Positions 55,424-64,000 of a stretch of DNA of 64,000 nucleotides are shown one piece after another (within the stretch, counting starts at the first letter, position 1; every line of letters starts with the position of its first letter). Where the stretch lies: positions 2,624,001 to 2,688,000 of the forward strand of contig JASGHG010000001.1 in NCBI GenBank assembly GCA_047602425.1, given 5' to 3'. The notes beneath the pieces are model-generated. The model did not search any database. It was not told where the DNA came from and saw only the letters and a list, made by a program, of their open reading frames with translations. The stretch comes from Nibricoccus sp. (GTDB taxonomy: Bacteria > Verrucomicrobiota > Verrucomicrobiia > Opitutales > Opitutaceae). Position numbers and translations under genes: made by a program.

Positions 55424-55834
55424 ATGAACATCGCCGCCATCAGTTCTTCGAATTCCGCCGCCAATCTGGCCTCGCTTCAGCAACTGAGGACAGAACTTTT
55501 GGAAAAAGGGGTTAACTCCTCACCATCGGCAAATTCCAGCCGCGACCCCGCTGCGATCAAGAAGGCGGCCGGTCAGTTCGAGGCGATTATTCTCCGGCAG
55601 CTTCTCGCGCCGACTGTCGAACCCATTATGAATGGCGGACTTGGCGGTTCGGGCGACTCTGGCGGCAGCATCTACGGCTACATGCTCACCGACACCCTCG
55701 CCAGCAGCCTCTCCAAGGGCGGCGGCCTGGGCCTAGGCGCCATGCTCGAAAAGCAACTCTCTCCACGCGTTCCGCGCGTCGATAACAAGACTGGCGGCAA
55801 CACCGCCGCCCAATCCTCAACTTTCATCCGCTAA
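55424..55834 (+). CDS. flgJ: FlgJ-type rod-binding protein without a muramidase domain
   Basis: AAGQFEAIILRQLL..GGLGLG.ML; 136 aa. Confidence 0.75.
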   Translation: MNIAAISSSNSAANLASLQQLRTELLEKGVNSSPSANSSRDPAAIKKAAGQFEAIILRQLLAPTVEPIMNGGLGGSGDSGGSIYGYMLTDTLASSLSKGGGLGLGAMLEKQLSPRVPRVDNKTGGNTAAQSSTFIR

Positions 55835-55840
55835 ACCACC

Positions 55841-56335
55841 GTGAACATCTCTTGGGAATTTATCACCGAATGCCTGCGCAACGAGCTGCAGGAATACGGC
55901 GCCCTGCTCGCCCTCTTCGAAGAACAGCAGGCCAACCTCCTCCGCCGCGATGCCGATCAGGTCGCCGCGCTGGCCCTCTCCATCGAGGAGCAGGCCCGCA
56001 CCACGAACATCTGCCGCGAGCGCCGCGAAAAATGCGTCAGCGAATTCGCCCTCAAGCAGCGCTGCGCACCCGACACCAGCCTGCGCCAGCTCCTTCCTCA
56101 TTTCCCCGTGGAGGTCCAGCCATTGCTCGGCGCCCTGATTGCGGAAATCAATCATCTAATTCATCGCATCCGCCGAGACGCCCGCCAGAACCAAATGCTC
56201 CTCTCCCGCGCGGTCGAGGCCCATGACGAGGCCTTGCGCGCGCTGATGCCGGAAACGTTCAAGTCCCGCACTTATTCCGCGCGCGGTGCCGTCACCGCCG
56301 GCGCCACCATCTCCGGATGGCAGGCCGCAGGCTAA
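55841..56335 (+). CDS. flgN: Export chaperone FlgN
   Basis: Helical protein directly before flgK with a C-terminal TY..RG motif. Confidence 0.75.
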   Translation: MNISWEFITECLRNELQEYGALLALFEEQQANLLRRDADQVAALALSIEEQARTTNICRERREKCVSEFALKQRCAPDTSLRQLLPHFPVEVQPLLGALIAEINHLIHRIRRDARQNQMLLSRAVEAHDEALRALMPETFKSRTYSARGAVTAGATISGWQAAG

Positions 56336-56365
56336 ACCAGTTTCAACCTCTAACGCGATTCTACC

Positions 56366-57796
56366 ATGAGCGGACTATTCGGCGAACTGGCCAACGGAGT
56401 CAAAGCCCTCACCGCGGCCTCGCGCTCGATTGAGACCGCGGGACGCAATCTTGCCAACGTCAACAATCCGAACTTCGCCCGCCAGCGCGTGATTTATGGC
56501 GATCGCGGCTCCGTGCAGACCGAGCTCGGTGTTCAGTCCCTTGGCGTCGAGGCCCGGCAAATCCAGCAGTTGCGCGACAGTCTTCTCGACGGCCAGGTGG
56601 TTCGTGAAATCGCGCTTCTTGCCTCGTTCGAAACCGAGCAGGACGCTTATCAACGTGCCCAGGCCAGCCTCGGCCAGTCCGTCGATCGTTCGGGCGCCAC
56701 GAGCCAGACCGGTTCCGAAGGCAGCACGAACGGCATTGCCCAGGCGCTTTCCGATTTTTTCAACGCGTTCCAAAGTTTCTCCGCCAGCCCCACCGATTCG
56801 GGCGAACGTCTTGCTCTCGTTCAGAAAGCCGGCATCCTCACCGATGCCCTGAACGAAACCGATTCCCGCCTTGTTCAGCTCCAGGCCGATCTCACGACGC
56901 AGGCCACCAGCGATATCGGTGAAATCAATGGCATGCTTGCCACCATCGCCGACCTCAACGGTCAGATTGGTCGCCTCGAAATCAATCAGCCCGGTGCCGC
57001 CGTCGATCTCCGCGACCAGCGTCAGGCCGTCGTCGAAAAGCTCGCCGAAAAAATGTCCATCGAGACCCGCCCCGATCCGGCTTACGCTGGACAGATCCAG
57101 GTCTTCAGTCGCGACGCCGCCAATAATCCCGTTCAGCTCGTCAACCTCGCGGTCACAACCGGGCCCGTCACCCTTTCCGGCTCCACAGTTTCCGCCGGCA
57201 CGCCCGCGACCGCGTTGGCTCTTAAAGGTGGTTCTCTCAACGGGCATCTTACGGCACGCGACGGCGCCATCACCGATCTGCGCAACAATCTCGACGCGCT
57301 TTCCCGCCAATTGGTGACTTCCGTCAACGCCGCCTACAATCCAACCAATGCCGCTAGCGGCTACTTCTTTGCGCCTGTCCCTCCCGCTACCGCTACGGCT
57401 GGAACTATCGCCGTAGCTAGCACGGTCACTGCCGCCAACCTCAAAGCCTCCAACGGCGGTGCCGCCGGTGACAACACCATTGCCCTCGCCGTGGCGGCCC
57501 TCGCCAACGCCACTTTCACCACTCCTGCCGATGCCATCAACGGCAGTTTCAGCCAATTCTACACCCGCACCGTCACCGACCTGGGTCAGGCACTAACCAC
57601 CGCCAACACCCACGTCGCCAGCCAGACCTCCATTGAGACTCTCGTGCGGGGGCAGCGCGACGCCATCAGTGGCGTCTCGCTCGACGAGGAAATGGCCGAC
57701 CTTATCAAATATCAGCGCGCCTTCCAGGCTACCTCGAGAGTCATTCAGGTTATCGACGAACTGCTCGACGCCGTCGTCAACCGCCTCGGCTCCTGA
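56366..57796 (+). CDS. flgK: Hook-associated protein FlgK
   Basis: NLANVNNP.FARQRV, LRDQR, SGVSLDEEMADLIKYQRAFQA. Confidence 0.95.
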   Translation: MSGLFGELANGVKALTAASRSIETAGRNLANVNNPNFARQRVIYGDRGSVQTELGVQSLGVEARQIQQLRDSLLDGQVVREIALLASFETEQDAYQRAQASLGQSVDRSGATSQTGSEGSTNGIAQALSDFFNAFQSFSASPTDSGERLALVQKAGILTDALNETDSRLVQLQADLTTQATSDIGEINGMLATIADLNGQIGRLEINQPGAAVDLRDQRQAVVEKLAEKMSIETRPDPAYAGQIQVFSRDAANNPVQLVNLAVTTGPVTLSGSTVSAGTPATALALKGGSLNGHLTARDGAITDLRNNLDALSRQLVTSVNAAYNPTNAASGYFFAPVPPATATAGTIAVASTVTAANLKASNGGAAGDNTIALAVAALANATFTTPADAINGSFSQFYTRTVTDLGQALTTANTHVASQTSIETLVRGQRDAISGVSLDEEMADLIKYQRAFQATSRVIQVIDELLDAVVNRLGS

Positions 57797-57843
57797 GTCG
57801 TTCCAAAACTCTTTTCCATCGCCAACTTCGACCCTGTCCTCCC

Positions 57844-58740
57844 ATGCGCATCGCCACCAACACCGTCTCGGAGTCCGTGCTCGTTCAGATCCAAAAGCTC
57901 AGCACGCAACAATCGACCCTGCAAAACCAGCTCGCGACCGGGCAGAAGATTTTCCAGGCCGAAGACGACTCCGCCGCCTTCGGACGCATCCTGACTCTAG
58001 ACAACGAAAACCGGGAAATTCTCCAGTTCAAGACCAACACCAATCGCGCCCTCGAAGTTTCCCAAGCTACTTATGCCGGCCTCCAGGATATTAAGAAACT
58101 TTCCGATCGTGCGGGCGAAATCGCGACCCTCGGTGCAGGCGCCTCCAGTCCCGACGCCTATCGGGCGTACGCGAAGGAAGTAAACCAGCTCATCGAACAG
58201 GCTCTGCAATTGGGAAACACCCGTCTGCGCAACGACTATCTTTTCTCTGGGACTGCCCTCACCACGGCACCGCTCACCGCCACGCGCAATGCCGCCGGCG
58301 ATATCACCGCGGTCGCCTACGCTGGCGATGCTGCTCAGACCAGCATCCAGATTTCCGAACTTTCCAGTCTTTCCCCCGGCACGACCAATTCCACCAACAC
58401 CGGTCTCGCCTCTTTCCTCAACAACCTCGTAGCCCTTCGCGACGCCCTTAACACCACGACGAGCACCTCCGTCGCCGCTGTACAGCCCAGTCTCGAAGCC
58501 TCGGAAAATCTCCTTGTTAACGCCCTTTCCGAGCAAGGAGCCATTCAGCTCCGCATCGAAGTGGCTCAAAGCCAGCAGGACAATCGCGCCACGAATATTG
58601 AGGCCCTTGTTTCCAAAATGACCGACGCCGACATGGCTACCACCGCGGTCAAACTCAGTCAGACTTCCACCGCTTACGAAGCTGCGCTCTCTTCCGCCAC
58701 CAAGATTCTGCAAATGTCTCTGCTCGATTATTTGAAATAA
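57844..58740 (+). CDS. flgL: Hook-associated protein FlgL
   Basis: MRIAT, QLATGQKI..EDD, YLFSG, SLLDYLK. Confidence 0.92.
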   Translation: MRIATNTVSESVLVQIQKLSTQQSTLQNQLATGQKIFQAEDDSAAFGRILTLDNENREILQFKTNTNRALEVSQATYAGLQDIKKLSDRAGEIATLGAGASSPDAYRAYAKEVNQLIEQALQLGNTRLRNDYLFSGTALTTAPLTATRNAAGDITAVAYAGDAAQTSIQISELSSLSPGTTNSTNTGLASFLNNLVALRDALNTTTSTSVAAVQPSLEASENLLVNALSEQGAIQLRIEVAQSQQDNRATNIEALVSKMTDADMATTAVKLSQTSTAYEAALSSATKILQMSLLDYLK

Positions 58741-58774
58741 AAGACTTCTTTTAAACAGCTTCACGCCCCAACTC

Positions 58775-59236
58775 ATGAAAGTCAGTCCCGACACCACTCC
58801 GACCGAACCGGTGCCCGCCGGCAATGGGCAAACCCTGCGCCTTCCCGAAGGCCTCGTTGGTTTTCCCGAACACAAGAGCTTCGAGCTTCTCTACGTGCCT
58901 GACCAGCTCCCATTTATTTGGCTGCGCCTCCACGGCCCCGATGTTCTCCATTTTGTCGTCATCGAACCCGCCGGCATTATTCCTGACTACGAACTCGAAT
59001 TGTTCGACGAGGATGCTGCAATGGTCGGCATCACCGATCCAACCGACGCGATGGTCCTTAACATCGTCACCGTAAAGCCCGGCACTCAGGCCACCGCCAC
59101 CGTCAATCTCGCCGGCCCCATCATCGTCAATCGCCGCACGGGCATTGCCAAACAATGCGTGCTGGCCAATTACTCTCGCTACAGCGCGCATCACCCGCTG
59201 GTCGACCAAAACGCCAACGCCGGCCAAACGAAGTAA
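58775..59236 (+). CDS. fliW: Flagellar assembly factor FliW
   Basis: PEGLVGF, PFIWL, FVVIEP..PDY, TVNLAGPIIVN..AKQ. Confidence 0.9.
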   Translation: MKVSPDTTPTEPVPAGNGQTLRLPEGLVGFPEHKSFELLYVPDQLPFIWLRLHGPDVLHFVVIEPAGIIPDYELELFDEDAAMVGITDPTDAMVLNIVTVKPGTQATATVNLAGPIIVNRRTGIAKQCVLANYSRYSAHHPLVDQNANAGQTK

Positions 59237-59242
59237 ACCGCC

Positions 59243-59500
59243 ATGCTCGTACTCACCCGCAAAGTAAACGAATCGATCGTCATCGGCGGCAATATCGAGA
59301 TCAAAATCACCCGCATCGACGGTGACCTCGTCAAGATCGGCATCGATGCGCCGCGCGATATCCCTGTTTTCCGCAAGGAAGTCCTCGCCGAAATCGCGGC
59401 CAACAATCAGGCCGCAACGCTCAACCCCGGCGCCGCCCTGCCCAAGCTTCCCCGGCCTCCCAAGCCCGCTGCGCCGCCGCCTCCAAAACCAGCCCTTTGA
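59243..59500 (+). CDS. csrA: Carbon storage regulator CsrA
   Basis: [28 protein letters not shown]. Confidence 0.95.
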   Translation: MLVLTRKVNESIVIGGNIEIKITRIDGDLVKIGIDAPRDIPVFRKEVLAEIAANNQAATLNPGAALPKLPRPPKPAAPPPPKPAL

Positions 59501-59509
59501 TCCAGAACC

Positions 59510-60388
59510 ATGAGCAATCTCAACGTCAGGTCCCAGACCCTTGCGGATGCCCGCGGACTCGGTAGCATCAACACCCTTCTCGGCCGCTCCCTCGGTCGAC
59601 TCAGCTCTGGCAACCGTCTTGCCGGACTGGTGACCGATCCTTCCGCTGTCGGCGCCGTCGGCCGGCTGGATGCCCAGCAAAAGCGCGCCCAGGCCGCCTC
59701 GGTCAATGTTCAGAACGCCGCTTCGTTCGTGCAAAGTTCGGTTGGCCTCATGGCCAGCGTTGGCAACCTCCTTTCGCGTATGTCCGAACTTTCCCAGTAC
59801 GCGACCGACGGCATGAAGAACGCTGGCGACATTGCCCTCTATCAAGACGAGTTCGAAAAACTCCAGGATCAGCTCCGCCAGACCATCGGGGGAACGATCG
59901 CCGAAATCGGTGGCCTCACTGACGTCAACAACCCAATGGGCACCTTTAATGATGTCCCGCTTTTCGGCGCCAACCCTACTGGCACCAGCATCGCGTCCAG
60001 CTCCAAGGCGGGCGACACGATCAATATTCCCGAGACCAATTTCCGCGACGGCGCCATGCTGGAACTTTTCCGCCAGGACGCCGCGGGGAACTATGTGCTG
60101 ACCGTCACCGATCCGACGTCCATCGCCAAAGTGACCGCCGCCATCAGCGATCTCTCGGACGAGCGCTCGGTGCTCGCCGGTGTGGGCAGCCGCCTTGAAT
60201 TTGCCTTCAACACGCTCACCGTCGAAAAACAGAACATTTCCGCGGCCGTTTCGCGCATTCAGGATGTCGACGTTGCCACCGAATCCACTCGTTTGAGCAA
60301 GCTCAACATCCTCTACGAAAGCGGCACTGCGATGCTCTCGCAGGCCAACCAAGCCCCTCGCGCCGTCCTCAAGCTCCTCGAAGCCTGA
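59510..60388 (+). CDS. fliC: Flagellin (short, divergent N-terminus)
   Basis: RLSSGNR, NVQNAASFVQ, SRIQDVDVA.E, MLSQANQ.P..VLKLL. Confidence 0.88.
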   Translation: MSNLNVRSQTLADARGLGSINTLLGRSLGRLSSGNRLAGLVTDPSAVGAVGRLDAQQKRAQAASVNVQNAASFVQSSVGLMASVGNLLSRMSELSQYATDGMKNAGDIALYQDEFEKLQDQLRQTIGGTIAEIGGLTDVNNPMGTFNDVPLFGANPTGTSIASSSKAGDTINIPETNFRDGAMLELFRQDAAGNYVLTVTDPTSIAKVTAAISDLSDERSVLAGVGSRLEFAFNTLTVEKQNISAAVSRIQDVDVATESTRLSKLNILYESGTAMLSQANQAPRAVLKLLEA

Positions 60389-60504
60389 GTCGTAGAAGCG
60401 CTGCAAGGGTAGGGGTTATCGTTTCGCTGAATTCCCTTTCCAAAACTCAATTGGCGATAAGCGATAGTTTAGTTGGTGTCGCCCGTCTATTGCCAAATTT
60501 AAAG

Positions 60505-60530
60505 GTAGGGGCAATGCTCCGTCATTGCCC
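60505..60530 (+). repeat. GTAG-type REP-like palindrome
   Basis: GTAG followed by GGGCAATG-CTCCGT-CATTGCCC. Confidence 0.55.
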
Positions 60531-60623
60531 AAAGACATTTGGCAGGATTCCCGCCCTTGCTTCCATCTCAAAATTCGAGTTGTGGCCCGACCCAACCAAG
60601 TAAGACGCAATAAAATCGTGTGA

Positions 60624-61643
60624 CTACGCGGCTGTCTCGACTTCTTCCGTTTCTCCCGCGGACTCGGAAACATTGTCCTTCGCCTGTGAGATGCGCATGG
60701 AAACTTCCTCTGTGTTTCTCGAAACCTCGGTGATCGTGTTGCTGATCTCGGTCGTGGCTTGAACCTGTTCCTTGATGGAAATGGCAATGTTGGAAGCGGT
60801 CTGGTGCACGCCGTCGACCGTTTTGCTGATCTGCGAAATCAAACGCGTCACTTCGGCGACGGTGGCCTGCACGTGTTTCACCTCTGCGCTGATTTCATCC
60901 GTGGCATGATGGGTTTCGGTCGCGAGCGCTTTTACTTCGGAGGCGACGACTGCGAAGCCCGCGCCTTGGTCCCCGGCGTGCGCGGCCTCGATCGAGGCGT
61001 TGAGCGCGAGAAGATTCGTCTGCATGGCGACGTTGTTGATCACGTCAACAACGCGGTCGATCTTGCCGACGGCTGCGGTGAGTTCCTCCAGCGTACGATT
61101 GATTTGCGCCATATCGCTGACCGCCTTGCGGGCGGTGTTGGCGGCATCGTTGGTCTGGCCGGAAATCTCCGTCGTGGTGGCGCTCATCTCTTCGCAGGCC
61201 GCAGCCACACGGCAGACGCTTTGCGCATTTTCGGCGGCTTGCCCGCGAACGAACGCGATGTTGTCGCTGCTCTCTTTCATTTTCAGTCCGGCGGTGTTGA
61301 TGATGCCGGCGCTTTGTTGGTACGCACCTTTGAGACCGCGTTGAAGAATGGGGCGGTGAAAACGGTCGCGACTGCAATTTTCCATCGCGGCGGCGGCTTC
61401 GCGCACAAACGAGTCGGCCATGTCGAGCGTCTCATTGATCGCCTGGCACATTTTTCCGAAGCGGGTGCGCGTGCCCATTCCGGTGATGCGTGCTTCAAGG
61501 TCGCCGGCGGCCGCGCGTTTGCAAATGGTGGTGACCTCGGCGGTGCGGCTGCGCAGGAAGGGGCGGATGGTTCGCCAGCAGCGTCGCAGAAAACTGGATA
61601 CTCCGCCGGTGGGGCGACCTGGCGTGCGGTGACCGTTTCTCAT
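60624..61643 (-). CDS. Soluble methyl-accepting chemotaxis protein (HAMP-like plus signalling domain)
   Basis: AAAGDLEARI, QTNLLALNASIEAAHAGDQGAGFAVVASEVK; ATG overlaps the PAS gene stop (ATGA). Confidence 0.9.
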   Translation of the reverse strand: MRNGHRTPGRPTGGVSSFLRRCWRTIRPFLRSRTAEVTTICKRAAAGDLEARITGMGTRTRFGKMCQAINETLDMADSFVREAAAAMENCSRDRFHRPILQRGLKGAYQQSAGIINTAGLKMKESSDNIAFVRGQAAENAQSVCRVAAACEEMSATTTEISGQTNDAANTARKAVSDMAQINRTLEELTAAVGKIDRVVDVINNVAMQTNLLALNASIEAAHAGDQGAGFAVVASEVKALATETHHATDEISAEVKHVQATVAEVTRLISQISKTVDGVHQTASNIAISIKEQVQATTEISNTITEVSRNTEEVSMRISQAKDNVSESAGETEEVETAA

Positions 61644-62194
61644 GCGGAAGCCTCCAGTCGGGTGTGGCGCGAAAGGCTGAAAACGAACTGGTCGTAATCG
61701 ACTTTCTGGCTCGCAAGCAGTTCGAGCATCAAGTTGAAGCCGGCCTCGGCCGCATCGCGGCGATTGGCATATTTGGCCTCCTCGGCGAGCAGGGTGGAGT
61801 AAAGTTCTTTCACACGGGGCAGCGCGTCGGAATAGGGCACACGGCGATTCGAATGATAGCCGACGAGCTGGCCTTGGAGATCGTAACTGGGTGTGACATG
61901 GGCGAAGACCCAATAACCCAAGCCATCCTTCGCCAGATTGAGCACGTACGCGAAAATTTCCTTCTCCGCATGCAGCGTGTCCCAGAGCAGTTTGAAGACA
62001 CAGCGCGGCATCGCAGGGTGGCGGATAATGTTGTGCGGCGCGCCCATGAGTTGCCGCTCCGAATAGCCGGAAACGCGCACAAAAACGTCATTTACGTACG
62101 TGATGACACCGCGCAAGTCAGTCTTGCTGACGATGATCTCATTTTCGCCAAAAGATTTTTCCCGACTGGAGAAGACGGTGTTGGAGCTTGGCAC
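61640..62194 (-). CDS. Stand-alone Aer/CetB-type PAS protein
   Basis: IVSKTDLRGVITYVN..F..SGY, PHNIIRHP.MP..F..LW, YWV.A.VTP, YHSNRR. Confidence 0.9.
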   Translation of the reverse strand: MPSSNTVFSSREKSFGENEIIVSKTDLRGVITYVNDVFVRVSGYSERQLMGAPHNIIRHPAMPRCVFKLLWDTLHAEKEIFAYVLNLAKDGLGYWVFAHVTPSYDLQGQLVGYHSNRRVPYSDALPRVKELYSTLLAEEAKYANRRDAAEAGFNLMLELLASQKVDYDQFVFSLSRHTRLEASA

Positions 62195-62224
62195 GGCGTT
62201 GGAAGTGAAAGAGGATTCCCCCTA

Positions 62225-62251
62225 TTATCGGCCCGGGATGGTTCTCATTTA
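62225..62251 (-). promoter_or_regulatory. Consensus sigma28 promoter of the PAS-MCP operon
   Basis: TAAA-N15-GCCGATAA. Confidence 0.85.
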
Positions 62252-62388
62252 ACGAAAAAGCGCTCGAAGCTCCTTATTACTGCTTTGCATGCAGCAGCAT
62301 GCGGAAATTATATCGCCGCCATTCGCCTGTTTCCAAAGTTTAGCGCCGCCGAGTACATACAGGCAAGCGTCGCAACTGCGAGTTGGCC

Positions 62389-63927
62389 TTAGGTTTTTGC
62401 GGCCAGCCGTGCCTTCACCGTGCGGCGGTCGAGATCGAGGCGGCGGGCGGTTTCCTCGACGGTGCCGGCTTGCGCGTGGACGAGCTGCGTGTAGCGGCGG
62501 AGCAATTGCTCGGCGGTCAACGCGCCTGTTTCGATGATCGTGTTCCAATCGTCTGAAGCGGCGCGGACGAGCGGTCCGGCCGGTCGGTAGTTACCGCGCA
62601 GAATCAGGCTGCGTAGGCATTGTTCGAGTTCGCGGAAATTGCCGGGCCACGCGTAAGCATCTCCGAGATTTTTGCCGATCCAGCCGAGCGCTTCGCGCGT
62701 AAATGGTTCGGCTTCGTCGGCACCGAGCATCTTTTGCGCGATGTGACGCGTCATCGTGAGCAAATCGCCGGGTGCATCGTCGAGTTGTTCCCGGAGTGAC
62801 GGGGTTTCAATCTGGTCGGAACAAAGCCGGTAATAGAAATCCTCGCGAAAACGCCCGGCGCGAATTTCCCCTGGCAGGTTGCGATTGGTTGCGGCGATGA
62901 TTTTGCCCTGAAATTGCAAGCTGTCAGTGCTGCCGAGCGGCTGAAACATCCGCGATTGAAGCACGCGCAGCAATTTCACCTGGATGCCGGTGTCGACTTC
63001 GCCAATTTCGTCGAGGAACACCGCGCCGGTGGGCGGGCAGACTTCCATCCAGCCCGCACGATCGCCGAGCGCGCCAGTGAATGCTCCGCGGCGATGACCG
63101 AAAAGTTCCGACTCGATCAAGGTGGGCGAGAGCGCTGCGAGATTGAGCGGATAAAAGCCGCGCGAAAAGTCGTCATGGAAACCGCCGCGCTTCGGTTCGT
63201 AGGGAATATAGCGCGACATCGCGAGCGCCCGGGCGACGAGTTCCTTGCCGGTGCCGGAGGGGCCGGTGATGAGCGTTGAAAAATCTCCCATGCGCGCGAA
63301 CAGCACGCGGCGGTAGCGACCGAGATTGTGCGTGCAAATCGACTGCCAGATCGCGGCCCGAAGCTGCGCCATCGGTTTCGAACCACCAACGAGCGACAAA
63401 AAGATGTTGTGAAAAGCGCGCCGGATTTGAAACGCGCAGGCAAACAAGTGCGGCGCCGAGTGGGTCTCCAGCACGCGCATGCCGGGCAGGCCGAAGCAAC
63501 GCTGCACGTCGTCGCGAAACGCCGCAAAGAATTCCACACGCCCGCCTTCGCCTTTTCCCGCGAGAGATGCGAGAATCACACGATCGAAGCGCGGCGCATA
63601 GCTTTGATAGAGCCAATAGCCGGCGATTTCTTCGTAGAGCGCGAGATCGGTGGCGGCCACGCGTCCATCTTTCGGCCAGCGTGTGTGAATTTGAGCGATG
63701 ATTTTTTCGCACCGCCGCATGATCGCGAGAAGGTTGGGATGCGTCGCTTCGATTTCCGGCGGCCGGGTGTTCCATTCAGCGCCGGCTATTTGAAACCCAT
63801 CGCCGAGAGCATCGCGTTCAGCATCGATGCGTTCGCGCAGAAACGGGTTCGACGCGTTAACTTTTGCGATGGCCTCGGCGAAAATGCGGTCTTGCGGTTC
63901 GCTGAAAATCGCGACCTTGGATGACAT
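62389..63927 (-). CDS. sigma54-dependent enhancer-binding protein with an unrecognised N-terminal domain
   Basis: GPSGTGKE, ESELFGH, GAFTGA, FLDEIGE, FREDFYYRL, WPGNFREL, C-terminal HTH. Confidence 0.92.
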   Translation of the reverse strand: MSSKVAIFSEPQDRIFAEAIAKVNASNPFLRERIDAERDALGDGFQIAGAEWNTRPPEIEATHPNLLAIMRRCEKIIAQIHTRWPKDGRVAATDLALYEEIAGYWLYQSYAPRFDRVILASLAGKGEGGRVEFFAAFRDDVQRCFGLPGMRVLETHSAPHLFACAFQIRRAFHNIFLSLVGGSKPMAQLRAAIWQSICTHNLGRYRRVLFARMGDFSTLITGPSGTGKELVARALAMSRYIPYEPKRGGFHDDFSRGFYPLNLAALSPTLIESELFGHRRGAFTGALGDRAGWMEVCPPTGAVFLDEIGEVDTGIQVKLLRVLQSRMFQPLGSTDSLQFQGKIIAATNRNLPGEIRAGRFREDFYYRLCSDQIETPSLREQLDDAPGDLLTMTRHIAQKMLGADEAEPFTREALGWIGKNLGDAYAWPGNFRELEQCLRSLILRGNYRPAGPLVRAASDDWNTIIETGALTAEQLLRRYTQLVHAQAGTVEETARRLDLDRRTVKARLAAKT

Positions 63928-63956
63928 AATTTGTCTATAGACCGACAAATTATGCC
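63923..63956. promoter_or_regulatory. Tandem palindromic operator/UAS pair overlapping the activator start codon
   Basis: GACATAATTTGTC (63923-63935) and GACAAATTATGCC (63944-63956), 21 bp apart centre to centre. Confidence 0.65.
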
Positions 63957-64000
63957 AGACAAGCACGGATCGATAGACCTAACGGAATATTTCAAACCAC

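Noticed and set aside
58751..60406. 551-aa minus-strand ORF (also 56375-57556, 32248-33507, 29198-30412, 13141-14319)
   Set aside because: Each lies opposite well-supported genes and has no motifs of its own.
62190..62205. TGGCACGGCGTTGGAA as a sigma54 promoter
   Set aside because: It lacks the -12 GC and overlaps the PAS gene start on the other strand.
1..64000. CRISPR arrays, tRNA/rRNA, transposases, prophage or defence genes, known riboswitches
   Set aside because: No regularly spaced direct repeats, cloverleafs or matching protein motifs were seen by eye. An Rfam scan was not possible, so riboswitches are not formally excluded.

Overview
A GC-rich bacterial chromosomal window. Gene content, C-rich start contexts without a Shine-Dalgarno, and the repeat types suggest Verrucomicrobiota, probably Opitutaceae (inference). 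The right third is a flagellar cluster: flhB-flhA-flhF-orf, fliA, motAB-orf, an orphan sugar-binding protein, flgFGAHIJNKL-fliW-csrA-flagellin, a split PAS + soluble MCP pair and a sigma54 activator. The left part has a CE15-GH28 fusion, a divergent cheW/cheA-HDOD locus, a DUF1549/DUF1553-DUF1501-PPC cluster, cinA, uvrC, a frameshifted DUF4139 gene, hexuronate/pectin genes, a metzincin with a GlyGly C-terminal signal and a MerR module. No tRNA, rRNA, CRISPR array or transposase was seen. The most notable signals are non-coding. A flagellar promoter hierarchy can be read from the DNA: sigma54 promoters plus a GGCA-N5-TGCC palindrome before flhB, fliA and flgF, and sigma28 promoters before cheW, cheA, motA, the sugar-binding protein and the PAS/MCP pair. 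Two promoter-hairpin-terminator units look like unannotated small RNAs, one sigma28-driven (about 6106-6188) and one sigma54-driven (about 31934-31826). A stand-alone copy of a MerR effector domain sits behind a 19-bp-spacer promoter. All calls come from reading motifs by eye; no database searches were run.
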